64,000 bases of DNA from Azolla caroliniana (Eukaryota; Plantae; Polypodiophyta). Positions 61,819 to 64,000 of the stretch are shown here, piece after piece. Position numbers and translations under genes: made by a program. Below the pieces are notes generated by a model. The model was not told where the DNA came from. It saw only the letters and a list, made by a program, of their open reading frames with translations, and did no database searches. The DNA lies in NCBI GenBank assembly GCA_043228905.1, contig JBHGNT010000002.1, positions 26,970,001-27,034,000 on the forward strand. Direction: 5' to 3'. The stretch's first letter is position 1. Each line of letters begins with the position of its first letter.

Positions 61819-64000
61819 ATGGCTAGCGAGGCGGAGGTGGATGCCGCCGGAAGGCTCAACGCCTGCAGGGCTTCCCTTCCCTTCAAGGTTCGTGCCGCCT
61901 CCAAAGAGGCGCAACCTCACAAGGCGGCGAATGTCGTGGACCCCGACCCCAAGAACCATTGGTCTACTTCCACCAACGCTAAAGAGTGGCTGCTGCTTGA
62001 ACTAGAGGTCTCCTTTTCCTTCTCAATCTGTTTTTGCGTACATTAGATTATAGACAGACTCGGAAATAACAAATAAAGCTCATGCTTTTCAGGAGCCTTG
62101 CCTGCTTCAGCAAATTCGTATCTTCAATAAGTCTGTCATCGAGTGGGAGATTGCGCTTGGTTTGCGTTATAAGGTATGCGTTTCACGTCCTCAAGTTATT
62201 CTTTAACTATGAGAGCTACTTATGAATAAGGAACACACAAAATTTCACATGCCGTATCAATTCATCTAATGTCAACAAAGTTTCAGTTTTGGATTGATGT
62301 ACGAGGTTTTAATCTGTATGAAACGTGAGTGAGCATTGGAAGACAATCTTGTTGTCGTTGGGTTGTAGTGTTAAACAGGCCCAAACTGTCCTTTGTTGAG
62401 ATGGACTTGTGGTTATTATGCTTAGGAGTTCTAGCAATTTCTCTCCAGCACGTTTGATCTCAAGCGTTAGTTATTCCAAACTGGCCCAAACTGTAGTCTT
62501 AAACAGGCCCAAACTGTCCTTTGTTGAGATGGACTTGTGGTTATTATGCTTAGGAGTTCTAGTAATTTCTCTCCAGCACGTTTGATCTCAAGCGTTAGTT
62601 ATTCCAAACTGGCCCAAACTGTAGTCTTAAACAGGCCCAAACTGTCCTTTGTTGAGGTGGACTTGTGGTTATTATGTTTAGGATTTATAGCAATTTCTCT
62701 CCAGCACGTTTGTTCTCAAGCATTAGTTATTCCAAATCGTCGATCTTTATATTCTTCCATGACTCTGCATTGTGAAGAGACAAATAGTAAACATTGGAAT
62801 GCCATACATGAACTTCCTTTAATTCCATGTATTGATGGTTCAATTCGCAGATATGATCCTCCAAATTTTACATGTAAACTGGCCTCTTATTTCCAATCTC
62901 TGTGAGAAGAGCTCTTATTTGACATATCGCATTTTAAAGCACATGGGTGAAAAAAGAAAGAACGATATATTAAAGTCTTTTAAGAGGCCAAAACGGCCTA
63001 TCAGACCAAACAAGAGATTACATCTCAGATGTTGTATCGTCTTTGAGAACAACAAATGAAAATAAAATAAATGTCACCAAGTAAACATAAAAGTAAAAAA
63101 AAAAAAAGAAGACTAACAAATCTTGTTATCGGGCACATGTAAGATTCTCAAGTCAGATATATTGTAACTTTTGTCTTCGAAAGATCTCTAGCATAGGTTG
63201 ATCCAGAATTGAGAGATCTCTGAAGTGAGGGAAGCACCTGTGATGGAAGGAGATAATGGCCTTTATCTATTGATGACAAGGGTGGCAAGATCGTGGTCCA
63301 TGGGGCTGGTGCCTACGTGCGCGACAAATTTCTATTGCCCGATCTATTGAAACCCCTTTATTATGTCCTGGTCTGGAACCAATTTGTGTAGCCCTTGATT
63401 GACTTGTCACCTTAGTAGGAGTGCTGCAGCTAAAGAAAGTTGTGATTGTTCTTTGTGGATGATAAAACATCTGGTTTCATGTGTAACCATATTGAATGAT
63501 AACGAGTCAGTTTCCAACCAAGTGGCGCCTAGGGACAAAGCCAAGCTCACTTCAAATCCACGTTGTACTTGTTCTGAGTGTTCATTCCTCTTGCTTAGGT
63601 TATATCAGTTATGGGCTTTCAAGGATGTTGTGCAATGAGGGAACATCTATTTTCATAGCATGTGAAATAATTATTGCATTTGAGCATACCAACAATGAGG
63701 GCCCCCATTGCATTAAGTTAGAACAGTGCGGTAGGAATAAATCATGGTCACGAGTTCTGAAATATTCACTAATGGAATTATAACATTTTAAAGAATACAG
63801 ATAGAGTTGGAAAAGAAGAAATATCATTTTGAAGAACATGTAACTACTGTTTCCTTCTTTTTATCATGGCAGCCAGAATCATTCATGAAGGTGAGGACTC
63901 GATGTGAGGCCCCTCGGAGGGATTCTCAGTATATAACTAATTATGCACCTTGCCGATATGTGAGAATATCTTGTTTACGTGGAAACCCTATAGCTATATA
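61819..64000 (+). CDS. 5' exons of a conserved uncharacterised plant protein with an N-terminal galactose-binding-like domain (ARM-type fold family); continues beyond the window
   Basis: Exons 61819-62007, 62093-62173 and 63873 onward. LPFKVRAASKE...HWSTSTNAKEWLLLELE/EPCLLQQIRIFNKSVIEWEIALGLRYK/PESFMKVRTRCEAPRRD...PCRYVRISCLRGNPIAI closely matches a recalled conserved plant family. Confidence 0.85.
62371..62736. repeat. Tandem repeat of about 128 bp, about 2.8 copies, in intron 2 of the last gene
   Basis: TTAAACAGGCCCAAACTGTCCTTTGTTGAG...AGTTATTCCAAA starts at about 62371, 62499 and 62628. Confidence 0.92.
62950..63840 (-). mobile_element. Longer copy of the LINE-like element whose 3' end interrupts the PPR gene
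   Basis: The reverse complement of 62950-63452 aligns by eye with 5878-6365 (translated TITTFF..TPT..TSQSR; HPCHQQIKAIIS). The further 5' extension to about 63840 is inferred from decayed coding-like sequence. Confidence 0.7.

Noticed and set aside
62371-62736. 128-bp repeats as a functional array
   Set aside because: Simple head-to-tail amplification of intronic sequence bounded by GGCCCAAACTGT microhomology.

Overview
AT-rich, intron-containing land-plant nuclear DNA, probably a fern (inferred from the style of the PLS-PPR protein and the gene structures; not proven). It is fairly gene dense, with nine protein-coding genes. In order: the 5' part of a KNS3/SPOT1 (At5g58100)-like gene (-), an intronless PLS-class PPR gene (-), an ABCI12/EcfT-CbiQ-like chloroplast transporter (-), histone chaperone ASF1 (+), an intronless divergent trihelix (SH4/ASR3-like) gene (+), SCO2/CYO1 (-), an ERECTA-family LRR-RLK with about 27 exons (-), a RECQ4 (BLM/Sgs1-type) helicase (-), and the first exons of a galactose-binding-like-domain/ARM-type protein (+). 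Between and inside the genes lie a decayed Ty3/gypsy element, four MITEs with intact TIRs and 8-9 bp TSDs, several LINE-like 3' fragments, many 60-200 bp tandem duplications, microsatellites and a 100-N assembly gap. I found no CRISPR array, RNA gene or new multi-gene system. The best finding is a reconstructable insertion: a 494-bp retroposon 3' end with a 5-bp TSD sits in the end of the PPR ORF, supplies its stop codon and displaces a 33-codon ancestral C-terminus that is still intact beyond the insert. All gene identities come from recalled homology, not database searches. Exon coordinates were read by eye.
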